Positions 63,063 through 64,000 of a stretch of DNA of 64,000 bases are shown in pieces. The notes under the pieces were generated by a model. It saw nothing but the letters and a program-made list of their open reading frames with translations, did not search any database and was not told the DNA's origin. The stretch comes from Candidatus Bathyarchaeota archaeon (GTDB lineage Archaea > Thermoproteota > Bathyarchaeia > 40CM-2-53-6), in assembly GCA_963833125.1 (NCBI GenBank), contig CAWHWX010000004.1, forward strand, positions 32,001 through 96,000, written 5' to 3'. Position numbers and translations under genes: made by a program. Every line of letters starts with the position of its first letter. Position 1 is the stretch's first letter.

Positions 63063-63530
63063 GTGAATTCCGCCATGCTCGAAGGTCTCCGCATAAGATT
63101 TCGTAAAGTGCCATGGAAAATGCAACGGCTCTTCGGTAACCTAGGCTACTCGCTCCGGTTTTTCAGGGGGCCGACCTCGCGGAGAATAAAACCTTCGACA
63201 ACCGTTTTGGCGTTGGCAGTAGTGCTCTTCGTTGGATTCGTTTTGGCCGGTGGAATCTATGATATCCTCGAGCATCCAATATCACTGCTCCCCACATCAT
63301 ACGGATATTCGGTGGTAATCCAGGGAACTCTAGGTCAACAGACCTTGAATGAGAGCCTAATTGCTGCGTTCCTATACTTCATGGGTGTAGCCGGACTCTA
63401 CATGCTGCTTCGTAGTACGAGGTACGCATACAGACCGCGCAACGCATACCTGCTTCTAATACTTGGAACACTCACCGTTCTCGTAGTCGTATTCTACACC
63501 ACGACACTGATCAACACGAAGATCGGTTGA
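63063..63530 (+). CDS. OST3/OST6/OSTC(DC2)-like membrane protein
   Basis: Three TM helices with LAGGIYDILEHP, QTLNESL, FMGVAG, LLLILG matching the OSTC pattern by eye. Confidence 0.75.
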   Translation: MNSAMLEGLRIRFRKVPWKMQRLFGNLGYSLRFFRGPTSRRIKPSTTVLALAVVLFVGFVLAGGIYDILEHPISLLPTSYGYSVVIQGTLGQQTLNESLIAAFLYFMGVAGLYMLLRSTRYAYRPRNAYLLLILGTLTVLVVVFYTTTLINTKIG

Positions 63531-63536
63531 CTAGGT

Positions 63537-64000
63537 TTACCAGTAGTGCTCCTTCAACCCCAGAAGATAGGCACCAACATTCGTTAGCAAGTGGATAGGC
63601 GGAGTAACAACAAGCAAGATCACGGCTACGACAAGGCTGATGGGCGAAAACAGCGAAACAAGAAGCATCGACCCAACAACAAAGTCCAGTTGGTCCACTA
63701 CCGGCAACGCATCTCCAGGGGCCATATGCAATCTTCTCTTGAGAAAGGCCCCTGCCATATCTCCTAGCAACGCTCCTAGTGACGCCGGAAGCGCGATGAT
63801 CATCAGATTCATGGAAAATATGTAAGAGCAGATTAGACCGACTAAAGTACCCGCCACAATTCCACTAATGAACCCGCGAAATGTCTTGTGATCTCCAAGA
63901 ATTCTTTGTCCATCAGGCAACCTCTTGCCCAAATCGATTGGGCGTCCGCCGCCGAAGATAACTGGGGCACCGTTCGTACAGTAAGTGGGCAGGATAATGT
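63537..64000 (-). CDS. carS: CDP-archaeol synthase (5' end outside the window)
   Basis: LGDHKTFRG, GDMAGAFLKRRL, VDQLDF, LGLKEHYW; reading frame continues to the window edge. Confidence 0.92.
   Translation of the reverse strand, partial: IILPTYCTNGAPVIFGGGRPIDLGKRLPDGQRILGDHKTFRGFISGIVAGTLVGLICSYIFSMNLMIIALPASLGALLGDMAGAFLKRRLHMAPGDALPVVDQLDFVVGSMLLVSLFSPISLVVAVILLVVTPPIHLLTNVGAYLLGLKEHYW

Noticed and set aside
260-63825. Numerous 60-190-aa antisense or overlapping ORFs in the track (e.g. 2615-3184, 19118-19399, 34524-34862, 49572-49772, 50978-51385)
   Set aside because: They are shadows of well-supported genes or lack motifs and SD signals; only pieces that complete frameshifted genes were used.

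Overview
Archaeal chromosomal DNA. Gene content and order point to the TACK group, most likely Bathyarchaeia (inference). Most of the window is housekeeping: apgM/pyk, nadK-nob1, eIF5A-dys, srp54, rpl21e-rpo4-DUF655-dbh-rsmA-trmJ, rpl10e, the dph2-csl4-rpo11-tfs-pcn-priL...priS-GINS-rpl44e-rps27e-eIF2a-nop10 cluster, aglB, gcvT and carS. Accessory blocks are a CFI-box-CTERM surface protein, a divergent pair of very large multidomain glycan-synthesis genes (21.9-28.3 kb) and a VOC/DinB/Ada stress cluster (36-43 kb). Many genes, including priS, srp54, tfs and aglB, carry single-base frameshifts, most likely assembly indels, so the ORF track fragments real genes. Top observations: (1) a 36-bp, same-frame inverted repeat at the domain junctions of the two divergent glycan genes, whose inversion would swap their N-terminal modules; (2) a pyruvyltransferase/coiled-coil/WbsX-like/RgpF gene resembling an all-in-one chain-length ruler; (3) a homologue of eukaryotic OST subunit OSTC/DC2 about 2 kb from aglB; (4) an unannotated 44-aa protamine-like ORF; (5) a densely palindromic ~590-bp intergenic element upstream of srp54; (6) repeated apparent CTG/ATA start codons. 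No rRNA, tRNA, CRISPR array or transposase was recognised. All homology calls come from motif recognition by eye; no searches were run.
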